The notes under the pieces were generated by a model. That model searched no databases. It worked only from the letters and a program-made list of their open reading frames with translations, and was not told the origin of the DNA. From the NCBI GenBank assembly GCA_963796055.1, contig CAWCKH010000004.1, positions 2,592,001 through 2,656,000 on the forward strand: 64,000 bases of DNA. The letters are read 5' to 3'. Source of the DNA: an uncultured delta proteobacterium (lineage in GTDB: Bacteria > Myxococcota > Myxococcia > Myxococcales > Myxococcaceae). The first letter of the stretch is position 1, and every line of letters begins with the position of its first letter. The position numbers were made by a program, and so were the translations under genes. Below, in pieces: positions 9,216 through 18,250 of this stretch.

Positions 9216-9310
9216 GGGCGCCGTAGTTGCAGAGCCGCTCGAGGCCGACGACGTCATTCTCGTGAAGCCAGGTGTCGGCGTGGAGCGAGAAGCCCTCGAT
9301 GAAGGCGCGG
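9216..9310 (-). pseudogene. IS91/ISCR-family transposase internal fragment
   Basis: Encodes [32 protein letters not shown]; near-identical to about 18025-18115. Confidence 0.8.
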
Positions 9311-9470
9311 GGGTGGCCCCGCGGGCGGGCGAGGCGGACGCAGCCCGCTCAAAAGGACCGGTGACGATCACCGCGACCAAGGGAACGGTGGCTGGAACGG
9401 CGAGGAGCCGCCCGCTCAGAACGCGGGTTCGCAGTCCGCAACCAGGGCGAGGCCGGGGCAGCCCTGGACG

Positions 9471-9647
9471 CTAGACCCTGGCCCACGAGACGGTGGGGAC
9501 CTGCGCCGAGGCGCTCTGAACGTAGCTGCCATAGAGCGCGCCGGACCCACCGACACCGACCAGAAAGAGGACGATGCCGGCGACGATGAGGCCGAGGCCC
9601 CGGTTCTTGACCGACGACGAGAAGAGCGAAGGGGTGAGGGTGGACAT
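9471..9647 (-). CDS. Small single-TM protein (58 aa)
   Basis: Strong RBS AAAGGAGG before ATG; GLGLIVAGIVLFLVGVGG TM segment. Confidence 0.6.
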   Translation of the reverse strand: MSTLTPSLFSSSVKNRGLGLIVAGIVLFLVGVGGSGALYGSYVQSASAQVPTVSWARV

Positions 9648-9904
9648 AACGGCCTCCTTTCGGGTGGCCCCGGGGAGAAGTCCTCGTTGCCAGCCCGCCC
9701 GCCCCTCCTGCATCACCGGGACCACTCGCAAGTCACCGGAAATGCAGAGAAGCCCTCGGGCCGGAGTGACCGGCCGTGCAACACGCTGCATTGAAGCGTG
9801 TCGCGCCGTGCTGCAGGGGCGAAGCCGGTCAGTGGCCGGGACACTCCGAGCCGCCGTGCAGTCCGACGATGGAAGGCGGAGAGCGCCCGGACGAAGAGCC
9901 CCAG

Positions 9905-10065
9905 CACGACAAGTGGTTCAAGAGCGTGAAGCGGGCGACGCTGATGCTCCAGCAGCCGGCGTACCACGCCCAGGCGCGGCACGGGTACCTGCGGGCACCG
10001 AGCCGGTCCGGTACGTCTCGGAGATCCAGACCCGCTACGAGAACTACCTCAAGCTCGTGCCCTGA
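9905..10065 (+). pseudogene. 3' remnant of MltF-like lytic transglycosylase (frameshifted)
   Basis: KWFKSVKRATLMLQQPAYHAQARHGY, then a frame change to GTEPVRYVSEIQTRYENYLKLVP*; typical MltF-like C-terminus, 5' part missing. Confidence 0.65.
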
Positions 10066-10199
10066 GCCTGAGCGGCGCAACTGTCATTGGACCCGCTGAT
10101 GAGCGTCATCAGCTGCCATCCTCGCTGTCCGTGGCTCGGCGATTGGCAGAGCTCGGTGGGTCGTTGGAGGACTAAGTTACCCTCCAGCAAGGGGTGCGA

Positions 10200-12710
10200 A
10201 TGCAGCCAGAGCGCCCACCGAGCAGGGACGCACCGACCGAGCTGGAGGCGTCTCCGCAGATGTACGGGACGGAGCCGCTGGCGGCGCCGCTGGCCGCGGG
10301 TCAGCAGCTCGAAGCCGGAGCTCAACTCGAGGGGCGCTTCCGCATCGTCCAGATGCTCGGCCAAGGCGGGATGGGCGACGTCTACGAAGCGGTCGACGTG
10401 GCGCTCGGGACCCGCGTCGCGGTGAAGACGGTCCGCCTCGAACAGGCGGCGAACGAGAACGCGCTCCATCGTTTCCGACGTGAGATCCTCCTGGCCCGGA
10501 AGATCGCTCACCCGAACGTGTGCAAGGTCTTCGAGCTGCACGTCGGCGGATTCGGTGAGCCGCCCCTCTTCCTGAGCATGGAGCTGCTCGAGGGCGAGAC
10601 GCTCGCCCAGCGGCTGCGGAGGGAGGGCCGCCTCGACGAGGGCGTGGCGCGGGGAATCGTCCTGCAGATCGCCTCCGCGCTCGGGGCCGCGCACGCGGAA
10701 GGAGTCGTCCACCGAGATCTCAAGGCGAGCAACGTGATGCTCGTCCCGGACCACGGGGGCCGTCAGCGGGCCGTCGTCACCGACTTCGGCATCGCCCATG
10801 CGGCCGGAGCGCTCTCGGATGCGACGGCGACCCTGGAGGGACCCCTCGGAACGCCGGCGTATATGGCCCCGGAGCAGGTGACGGGCGGAGCGGTGACCCC
10901 GGCGACCGACCTCTACTGCCTCGGCGTGCTCATGTACGAGATCACCACCGGCACGCTCCCCTTCACCGGTGAGAGTCCGAGGGAGATCGCTTACCGGCGC
11001 CTCGGTGCCGAAGCGCCCGACCCGCGCGCCTCGACTCCGGCCCTGAGCAAGCGCTGGGGCAAGGTCGTTCGATGGTGTCTGGCGAGCAATCCCGCGCAGC
11101 GTCCGCAGACCGCCGCGGCCATCCGGCAAGCGCTGGAGGGGAAGGCGCGCCCGCCGCGGCGTCTCTCGCGCCGGCGGCTGGTCGCCATGGGCCTCGCGCT
11201 AGCGGCCGCGGTGTCGGTCGTCCCGCTCGTGGCCCGGCTCCGCTCACTGCGCGCTGCTGCCGCGCTCTCAGCACGACCGGTGGTGGCCGTACAGGCGACC
11301 GGCACCGCCGAACTCGCAAGCGCTCCCGCTGCCCTGCCCTCCGTGGCCGTGCTGCCATTCGCCGACCTCTCGCCCGGGAAGGACCAGGAGTACTTCGCCG
11401 ACGGCGTCGCGGAGGAGATCCTGAGCGCGCTCTCCCACGTCGAGGGCCTGCGCGTCGTCGGCCGCACCTCGTCGTTCTCGTTCAAGGGGAGAAGCGTCCA
11501 GATCCAGGAGATCGGCCGACAGCTCAACGTCCGCGCCGTCCTGGAGGGCAGCGTGCGGCGGGAAGGCGACCGGGTGCGCGTCACCGCCCAGGTGGTCAAC
11601 GTGGCCGACGGTTACCGCGTGTGGTCGGAGAGCTACAGCCGCCAGATCACCGGCATCTTCGAGGTGCAGGACGACATCGCCAAGGCCGTGGTCGAGGCGC
11701 TCAAGGTGAAGCTCGTGCCCGGCAAGGGCCCGGGCGGTGGCGAAGGGCGAGCGACCAACCCGGACTCCTACAGCTACTACTTGTTGGGCCTTCATCACGA
11801 ACGACAAGGAACGCTCGAAGGAATCCGGCGGGCCAGGGCGGCGCTCGAGAAGGCGCTCGCCCTCGACCCCGGCAATGCACCGGCCCAGGCAGCCCTGGCG
11901 ATCGCCATCTTCAACGTCTGGGCGTGGGGCGGGACGAGCACGGCCGCGGAGGTGGAGGACGTCCGGCAGCAGTCGCTGGCCGCGGCCGAGAAGGCGGTCG
12001 CCCTGGCCCCCTCCCTCGCGGACGGGTACGCAGCGCGCGGCTTTCTGCGGGGGGCGTACTTCGACTGGGCGGGCTCACGAGCGGACCTCGACCGCGCCCT
12101 CGCCCTCCGTCCGAACGATTCCCACGCGCTCAATTACCTGGGCGAGTGGATGTCGGTGTTCGGAAGGGTGACGGAATCCATTGCCCTCACGCGCCGGGCG
12201 CTGGAGCTCGATCCTCTGTGGGAGCGCCCCCTGAGTCGCCTCTGCCACCTCTACCTGGCGAGCGGCGAGCTGTCCCTGGCACGGAGCGCCATCGACCACT
12301 GGCTCGAGGTCAACCCCGACCATGCCGACCAAGCCCGCTCCATGGAGGTGCTGCTCCACCTGCTGGAAGGCAACCCCGAAGCGGCGCTCTCCGCCGCCCA
12401 ACGCTTTACCCGCCCGCGCGCCCGCCTGTGGGGCATTGCCCTAGCGGAGAACGATCTGGGTCATGCCGCCGAGTCGAACAAGGCGCTCGAGGAGCTGACC
12501 TCGAAGTTTACGGGCGCCTACCCGCACGGGATTGCGCAAGTATACGCTTGGCGAGGAGATGCCGACCACGCCTTCGAGTGGCTGGAGCGCGCCTGGCGCG
12601 AGCGCGACTCGAATATTGGGCGGATCAAGTTCGACCCGCTCCTGCGCAAGATCCGGGGTGATCCGCGCTACCCGGCGCTGCTGAAGAAGATGAACCTGCC
12701 GGTTGACTGA
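10200..12710 (+). CDS. Hanks-type Ser/Thr kinase with TM, TolB-like domain and TPRs
   Basis: GQGGMGDVY, VAVK, HRDLKASN, DFG, GTPAYMAPE; SVAVLPFADLS...QEYFADG domain; TPR tail ending DPRYPALLKKMNL. Confidence 0.93.
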   Translation: MQPERPPSRDAPTELEASPQMYGTEPLAAPLAAGQQLEAGAQLEGRFRIVQMLGQGGMGDVYEAVDVALGTRVAVKTVRLEQAANENALHRFRREILLARKIAHPNVCKVFELHVGGFGEPPLFLSMELLEGETLAQRLRREGRLDEGVARGIVLQIASALGAAHAEGVVHRDLKASNVMLVPDHGGRQRAVVTDFGIAHAAGALSDATATLEGPLGTPAYMAPEQVTGGAVTPATDLYCLGVLMYEITTGTLPFTGESPREIAYRRLGAEAPDPRASTPALSKRWGKVVRWCLASNPAQRPQTAAAIRQALEGKARPPRRLSRRRLVAMGLALAAAVSVVPLVARLRSLRAAAALSARPVVAVQATGTAELASAPAALPSVAVLPFADLSPGKDQEYFADGVAEEILSALSHVEGLRVVGRTSSFSFKGRSVQIQEIGRQLNVRAVLEGSVRREGDRVRVTAQVVNVADGYRVWSESYSRQITGIFEVQDDIAKAVVEALKVKLVPGKGPGGGEGRATNPDSYSYYLLGLHHERQGTLEGIRRARAALEKALALDPGNAPAQAALAIAIFNVWAWGGTSTAAEVEDVRQQSLAAAEKAVALAPSLADGYAARGFLRGAYFDWAGSRADLDRALALRPNDSHALNYLGEWMSVFGRVTESIALTRRALELDPLWERPLSRLCHLYLASGELSLARSAIDHWLEVNPDHADQARSMEVLLHLLEGNPEAALSAAQRFTRPRARLWGIALAENDLGHAAESNKALEELTSKFTGAYPHGIAQVYAWRGDADHAFEWLERAWRERDSNIGRIKFDPLLRKIRGDPRYPALLKKMNLPVD

Positions 12711-12711
12711 C

Positions 12712-12763
12712 TGTGCAAGCGGGCTGATGGGTGACGTTTTAGAGCGGGCACACGGGTAACACT
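12712..12763. mobile_element. IS481-family terminal remnant
   Basis: Reverse complement AGTGTTACCCGTGTGCCCGCTCTAAAACGTCACCCATCAGCCCGCTTGCACA is an IS481-type end terminating in ACA, abutting the kinase stop. Confidence 0.55.
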
Positions 12764-12771
12764 GGCCAGCG

Positions 12772-13065
12772 TCAGCCGTCGTCACGCGTGGCGTCTGGAG
12801 AGCGCGGGAGTCGGATGCGCTCCATCAGAAGGAGCAACTTCAGGAGGGACTGACGAAGCTGCTCCGGGCTCCGCAGCGCCCGCCACCGCGCAGCGACCTC
12901 CGCGAGTGCCATGCTCACCGAGTCGGCCTCGCCAGGGGCCGCTACTTCCGTACTACACGCGGTGCGGCCGAACGCGTGCTCCTGCGCGCTCTGGGGGCAG
13001 CAACCGGGCGCTGTTGCGGGCTTCTGCGCGCACGTGCTCACCGAAGAGTCTTCGCCAGCATGGCT
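12772..13065 (-). other. Displaced 3' segment of int (97 codons; joins int in frame at attP after excision)
   Basis: Across the 20-bp core the frame GGGGNR continues as SHAGEDSSVSTCAQK...DSVSMALAEVAARWRALRSPEQLRQSLLKLLLLMERIRLPRSPDATRDDG* without a stop, in the same frame as int. Confidence 0.75.
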
Positions 13066-13084
13066 TCGATTCCCGCCGCCTCCA
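13065..13084 (+). repeat. att core copy 2 (tmRNA 3'-end duplicate), junction of islands 1 and 2
   Basis: Identical to 5818-5837. Confidence 0.93.
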
Positions 13085-13086
13085 AA

Positions 13087-13440
13087 CTACTTGGCGCCGG
13101 AGTCTGCAGAGTTGGCGGACCCGGCCCGTAGCTCCCGCTTGGCTCGTACGGGCGAGCCCCGAATCGTTGCCCAGTATTCCTCGGCAACGTCGTCGATGTG
13201 CACCGGGAATCGCGACCGAAGCCTGTCGGCGCCGTTCCGTTTGCAGCCGCTGATCCAGTACTCCTCGCCCGACTCAACCTCGACGTAGTTACCCCTGATG
13301 CCTGTGCCTCCGAGCGAGCGGAACGACTTGCCACGGTAGTAGAGCGTCCGTCCCGTCTTCGAGAAGGACACGCGGCCGATCCAGGCCTCGCCCGCGCCCG
13401 CCTTCCGCTCGACGTAAAGAATCCTTGGTGATCCCGCCAT
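13087..13440 (-). CDS. Conserved small hypothetical protein
   Basis: RILYVERK...AWIGRVSFSKTGRTLYYRGKSF...GNY.EVESGEEYWISGCKRNGADRL recognised as a small family often mislabelled DXP synthase; stop lies 2 nt from the att core. Confidence 0.75.
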   Translation of the reverse strand: MAGSPRILYVERKAGAGEAWIGRVSFSKTGRTLYYRGKSFRSLGGTGIRGNYVEVESGEEYWISGCKRNGADRLRSRFPVHIDDVAEEYWATIRGSPVRAKRELRAGSANSADSGAK

Positions 13441-13501
13441 TCCAAGACCGACCCACACCCTTGCCGCTCGGCCCGTCAGGAGCCGGGCGTCCGCTGGGAG
13501 G

Positions 13502-14460
13502 GTGCTCATCATGGAAGAGGCCGTCGTCCTCCGCCGCCGGGTGCTCGTGGACCACCACTCGATCCGCCGAGTCGCCCGCGAGACGGGAATCTCGCGCAAC
13601 ACGGTCCGTCGGTACGTGAGGGGAGCGCCGCCCGGTGTCGGCAAGCCACGGGACCTCCGGGGCGCGCCCATCCGCGACCGAGTCGCAGGGCGTGCCCTGG
13701 AGCTGTTCCAGGAGGCCCCGCGCTGGACCGCCGGCGAGCAGAGGCTCACCGCCGCATGCCTCCACCAGCTGCTGCTGCAGGAGGGCCTCGTCGTGGGCTA
13801 CTCCGTCGTCAAGCAGCTGGTGCGGGAGTGGAAGCGGGAGCGGCAGGAAGTCTTTGTCCCGCTCGTCTACCGGCCGGGTGACTTGGCCGAGGTCGACTTC
13901 TTCGAGGTGCTGGTCGACATCGCGGGCGAGCGACGCAAGGCGCACATGTTCCTGCTCGGTTGATGCACTCGGGCCGGGACTTCGCCTGGCTCTACCCGCG
14001 GCAAGACCAGACGTGCTTCCTCGACGGGCACGTCCGGGCGTTCCACCACCTCGGCGTCGTCCCGCACCGGCTCGCGTACGACAATCTCAAGGCCGCCGTC
14101 CGGAAGATGCTGCTCGGCAGCGAGCGCGAGCTGCAGCCGCGCTTTCTGACTCTCGCCGGGCACTACCTCCTCGAGGCCAGCTTCGCCCGGCCCCACACCG
14201 GGCACGACAAGGGCGGCGTCGAGGCTCGAGGGAAGGGCATCCGCTGGCGACGGTGGGCGCAGCGCTGCTGGCGCGGCTCGATGCGGCCCTGCGAGCGCTT
14301 CGAGGTGGAGCGGCAGGCGATGCAGCCGCTCCCCACCGCGCCGTTCGGCGCTGCCCGGTGTGTCCCCGGCGTCTCGGTGTCGAGCAGGAGTCTCGTGAAG
14401 GTCGAGGGTGCCTCGTACTCCGTCTGGTCCTCCTGGGCGCGACGCGACGTCACGGCGACG
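13502..14460 (+). pseudogene. istA: IS21-family transposase IstA, frameshifted and truncated
   Basis: SIRRVARETGISRNTVRRY, PGDLAEVDF, then frame change near 13960 to YDNLKAAV, HDKGGVE; no istB. Confidence 0.88.
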
Positions 14461-14469
14461 TGGCGAGCA

Positions 14470-14805
<336 letters not shown>

Positions 14806-15110
14806 TCCCTCCACAGATCGTTGTGCTTCTGGTGTGCTGCTCGCCAGGCGTGACGCGAAGGGGATCCATCTTCGAGCCGCTCCGCACCGGGTCGGCCACG
14901 CGCGGCGTTGCCCACCGAACCTAGGACCCGCGGGTGCCGAAGCCGGCCCGATTCCGTCCATGCTCGCTCCTCCGGGGGCTGGCCACGAAGACCTCGAGAT
15001 CGCCTTGGCCGCGTCCGACCGGGCCGCGGCGTACCTCTACGGCCGGCCCAGGGTTGCTCGAAGCTCGAGCAACAGAGCGCCGGACGCGACCTCCTCTCAC
15101 CACCGACCGT

Positions 15111-17267
15111 TCATCTGCGGACGCGCTCGCCGAGCTCGGGCCGGGGACGCTCCGAGCAGCCCCGAGCGATCAGGCCACTCCCGATGGCGAGAAGGAGCGC
15201 TCCGACCAGCGCCGCCTGAAGAAACCAGTGCCGCCCGGTTCGACTCTCGATGAGCGCCGCGGCCACGTCCCCGGCACGTTGGAAGCGCCGCCTGGGGTCG
15301 CGGTCGAGACAGCGGAGGATGGTACGACTCCACCGCGGGTCCAGGCCGGGAACGAGCAACTCCGGCCTCGGCGGCGCCTGCTCGACGTGGCAGACGGCCG
15401 TGACCAGCGGCGTCTCGCCGGCGAAGGGCAATCGCCCCGTTACCATCTCGTACATCACCACGCCGAGCGCATAGAGGTCGGTCGCCTGCGAGATCTTGCT
15501 GCCGGTCACCTGCTCGGGTGCCATGTACTCGGGCGTGCCGATGATGCCGGCGCCTTCGGTGATCGCGTCCTCGCCGGGCGCGCCCCGCTGCTCCAGCGCC
15601 CGAGCGACACCGAAGTCGGTGATAACCACTCGCGCCGCGCCATGAGCCTCCTCGCCGCTGTTCGGCACGAGGATGACGTTCGAGCTCTTGAAGTCCCGGT
15701 GGATGACACCCTCGGCGTGCGCGGCGGCGAGCCCGTCGCACATCTGCCGCACCAGGGGCAGCGCTTCGGCAGTCGTCAGCCGCCCCGCCCGGCGGATCCG
15801 CGCGGCAAGTGTTTCACCCTCGAGGAATTCCATCGAGAGAAAGTTGACGCGCGTCCCGCTCGCGGTGGTCGCCTCGTAGAGCTCGTAGACACGGCACACG
15901 CTGTGGTGGCTCACCCGGCGGGCGAGCAGAACCTCTCTCCGAAACCTCTCCATCGCCGCGGCGTCGGGTCGGATTCGTGGTTCCAAGACCTTGAGGGCAA
16001 CTGGCGCGCGGAGCATTGCGTCGTTGGCCTGGTAAACGGCGCCCATGCCCCCTCGGGCGATGAGGCGGAGAACCGTGAACCGCATTCCGAGGACCTCCCC
16101 AACGCGGAATTGCTGCGCGTGATCCGAGCCGGGTGCGGACCTGCAGAGAGCGTCGCTGCCAGAGCCGAGGCCCACGGTTTCGTGTCCGGCGCGCTCGCCC
16201 AGCGCCGTCTCCCCCATCGACTCACCCACTTCGGCCGGTCGCCGACGCCCCCGCCACGGCGGCCCGTCCGTTGGGCCGGGCAAGATGTCGGCCGCGGCAT
16301 CCTCACCTGGGGCTCGCAGCGCACCGGATGTTTGCTTGGCGAGGCCGACCAGGAACAGAGGCCGCCCAGAGTTCGTTTCGAAGCGGCGCATCATGAATTC
16401 CTCGCCCGCCGTTCTGATCGGGCAGAAATCGGGTGGCTGCGCCGCGCCCGGACTCCGTTCACGCGCCCACGCGCGCACCCAGGTCTGAAGCTGCTCGAGC
16501 GCGCCGCTGTGCCGGAGCATGAGCGAGCTACCCACCCGGAGTGCGTCGCCGGAGAGCCGGGAGGCGGCTTCGTCGGTGAGCCAGAGGAGTCTGCCGGCGG
16601 AGTCGAAGAGGAACCATGCTGCGGGCGTCGCTCGGGCAAGAATTGCGAGTGTGTCCTCGAGCTTCCCCACGCCAAGCTGCCGTTGGGTCGACAGCGAACG
16701 GTCGATTCTGGCCCGGATCACCTCGAGTTCATGAAGATCGCGAGCGGTGAACGGCGATTCGTTCGCGGCCCGCGCAGCGCAGACGAATCCGCGCGGCGCC
16801 TTCGCCGTCCCGAGCAGTCCGATGAGCTGCCGTTCGACCGCCATCGGCTGCCAGAAGGTGTTGAACACCTCGCTCCGGTGCGCGGCCTCGATCCGGGATG
16901 TGAGATCGAAGCTCTTCGGCTTGGAGGCGAAGAAGGACGGCAGTGGCATGAACTCGCGATCGAGGTGTTGGAGCAGCCCTGCCCGGGCTCGTCCCTCAGC
17001 CGGACTCAGGCGCGAGCCATTGGCGTAGAAGTCGTCCGCTGAGACGACAGGTCCGGAGATGCGCATGAAGGTCCCCGTCGAGATCCCGATCCGCTCGTCC
17101 ATCGCCCGGGCGATCGCCGAACCCATTGCGGCCGTCGTCTGCGCCTTGTGCAGCGCGTGGGCCAGGTCGTTGATGGCGCGACCCTTGCCGCGTCGGACAT
17201 ACCGGCTCGTGAAGCGCAGAGTCCCTCGAGAAGCGCGCTCAGAGGGCACGGTCTTGCGGGGCCGCAC
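15111..17267 (-). CDS. Ser/Thr kinase with N-terminal GAF/PAS-like sensor region and C-terminal TM
   Basis: RBS AAGAGGAG before GTG 17267; GGMGAVY, VALKVL, HRDFKSSN, DFG, GTPEYMAPE; N-terminal half resembles LuxR-type regulator sensor domains. Confidence 0.75.
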   Translation of the reverse strand: MRPRKTVPSERASRGTLRFTSRYVRRGKGRAINDLAHALHKAQTTAAMGSAIARAMDERIGISTGTFMRISGPVVSADDFYANGSRLSPAEGRARAGLLQHLDREFMPLPSFFASKPKSFDLTSRIEAAHRSEVFNTFWQPMAVERQLIGLLGTAKAPRGFVCAARAANESPFTARDLHELEVIRARIDRSLSTQRQLGVGKLEDTLAILARATPAAWFLFDSAGRLLWLTDEAASRLSGDALRVGSSLMLRHSGALEQLQTWVRAWARERSPGAAQPPDFCPIRTAGEEFMMRRFETNSGRPLFLVGLAKQTSGALRAPGEDAAADILPGPTDGPPWRGRRRPAEVGESMGETALGERAGHETVGLGSGSDALCRSAPGSDHAQQFRVGEVLGMRFTVLRLIARGGMGAVYQANDAMLRAPVALKVLEPRIRPDAAAMERFRREVLLARRVSHHSVCRVYELYEATTASGTRVNFLSMEFLEGETLAARIRRAGRLTTAEALPLVRQMCDGLAAAHAEGVIHRDFKSSNVILVPNSGEEAHGAARVVITDFGVARALEQRGAPGEDAITEGAGIIGTPEYMAPEQVTGSKISQATDLYALGVVMYEMVTGRLPFAGETPLVTAVCHVEQAPPRPELLVPGLDPRWSRTILRCLDRDPRRRFQRAGDVAAALIESRTGRHWFLQAALVGALLLAIGSGLIARGCSERPRPELGERVRR

Positions 17268-17616
17268 GGAGTCTCCTCTTGCATCGCATTCCCTGCGTCC
17301 CGGCGCCGAAGCACCACTCTGCACCGCGGCGACACCCGAACGCCGCCGGCAACCAGAGGGTCCGGCAATGCTTGCGGCCTGGGCCAAGGCGGGCGCAAGA
17401 CCTGCCGTCGGATTCACTCCGATCAGCACAAAACCCCATGGAACCTCCTTTTGGAGGCCGGCGAGACGGTGAGTTGCATCCCGTAGGCCACCGCGGGCTG
17501 CAACGCCGCCGAGCTCTCTCCGGGGCCGTTCCACTGCGCGCTGCATGGCGGATGTGGATCCTCCATCCTGCTACCTGCGCGCCGTAAGCCCCTGGAGCGC
17601 GGCTGCAGGAATTCAG

Positions 17617-17853
17617 AGGTCCAAGGAAGAACAAACGGGGCTTTCGTGGCGGAGGCCCGTGCAGGGGACCCGAGTCGCCGGGCCGGAGGGGGCAGGACGA
17701 GGCTGCCGGAAAGGGCTCGGCGGAGGTGGTGACCCGTCGGAGGGTAGAGCAGTCCCGGGGCGGTGGTCAGGCCGGGGCGAGTCTCGAACGTCGGACGGCA
17801 CTCACCAGAGGCCGAGCTGGGGCGGGGAGGTGGCCGGGGCAAGGGGAAGCGGC
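17617..17853. repeat. 237-bp direct repeat copy 1
   Basis: Matches 19590-19826 with about 2 mismatches by eye. Confidence 0.92.
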
Positions 17854-18200
17854 GTAGCGGACGCGGGTTGGCCCTGGGGGCGGGACGAGCGTGGCCACCG
17901 GGGCGGAGGAAGGCCACCGGAGCCAGGACGAGGTGCGTCTCTCCGGTGGGGGAGGCCCGCTTCAGCCGGTAGGCGAGCCGGCCGTCAGGCAAGGCCGAGA
18001 GCCGCTCCAGCGACACGGGCCCGTGGGCGCCGTAGTTGCACAGCTGCTCGAGGCCGACGACGTCATTCTCGTGAAGCCAGGTGTCGGCGTGGAGCGAGAA
18101 GCCCTCGACGAAGGCACAGCGGCGGGCAGACCGGCGCGCGGGAGAACGCGGCCTGCTCCGTGGCACCCGGATGCCTTCGAGCTGGAGGACATCGAGCGCT
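17617..18200 (-). mobile_element. IS91/ISCR-like remnant A (internally deleted transposase + ori-like end)
   Basis: [30 protein letters not shown]...PDGRLAYRLKR; end reads CCGTTTGTTCTTCCTTGGAC, similar to ISCR oriIS (GCGTTTGAACTTCCTATAC). Confidence 0.75.
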
Positions 18201-18250
18201 CCGGCCCGAAGCGCCGGCATTCCCGATACGCGGGTGAACCTTCCTGTCGC

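Larger units (their letters stand above)
5818..13084. mobile_element. tmRNA-integrated genomic island 1 (integrative element, about 7.2 kb)
   Basis: Perfect 20-bp direct repeat TTCGATTCCCGCCGCCTCCA at 5818-5837 and 13065-13084; integrase and excisionase-like genes next to the tmRNA. Confidence 0.9.

Noticed and set aside
5838..13064. Intact prophage
   Set aside because: No terminase, capsid, tail or replication genes are recognisable.
13065..13084. tRNA gene suggested by TTCGATT...CCA (also at 20768-20792)
   Set aside because: Only the T-loop and 3' acceptor strand are present; these are att duplicates of the tmRNA end.
13087..13440. DXP synthase (dxs) call
   Set aside because: Far too short and lacks the TPP-binding motif.
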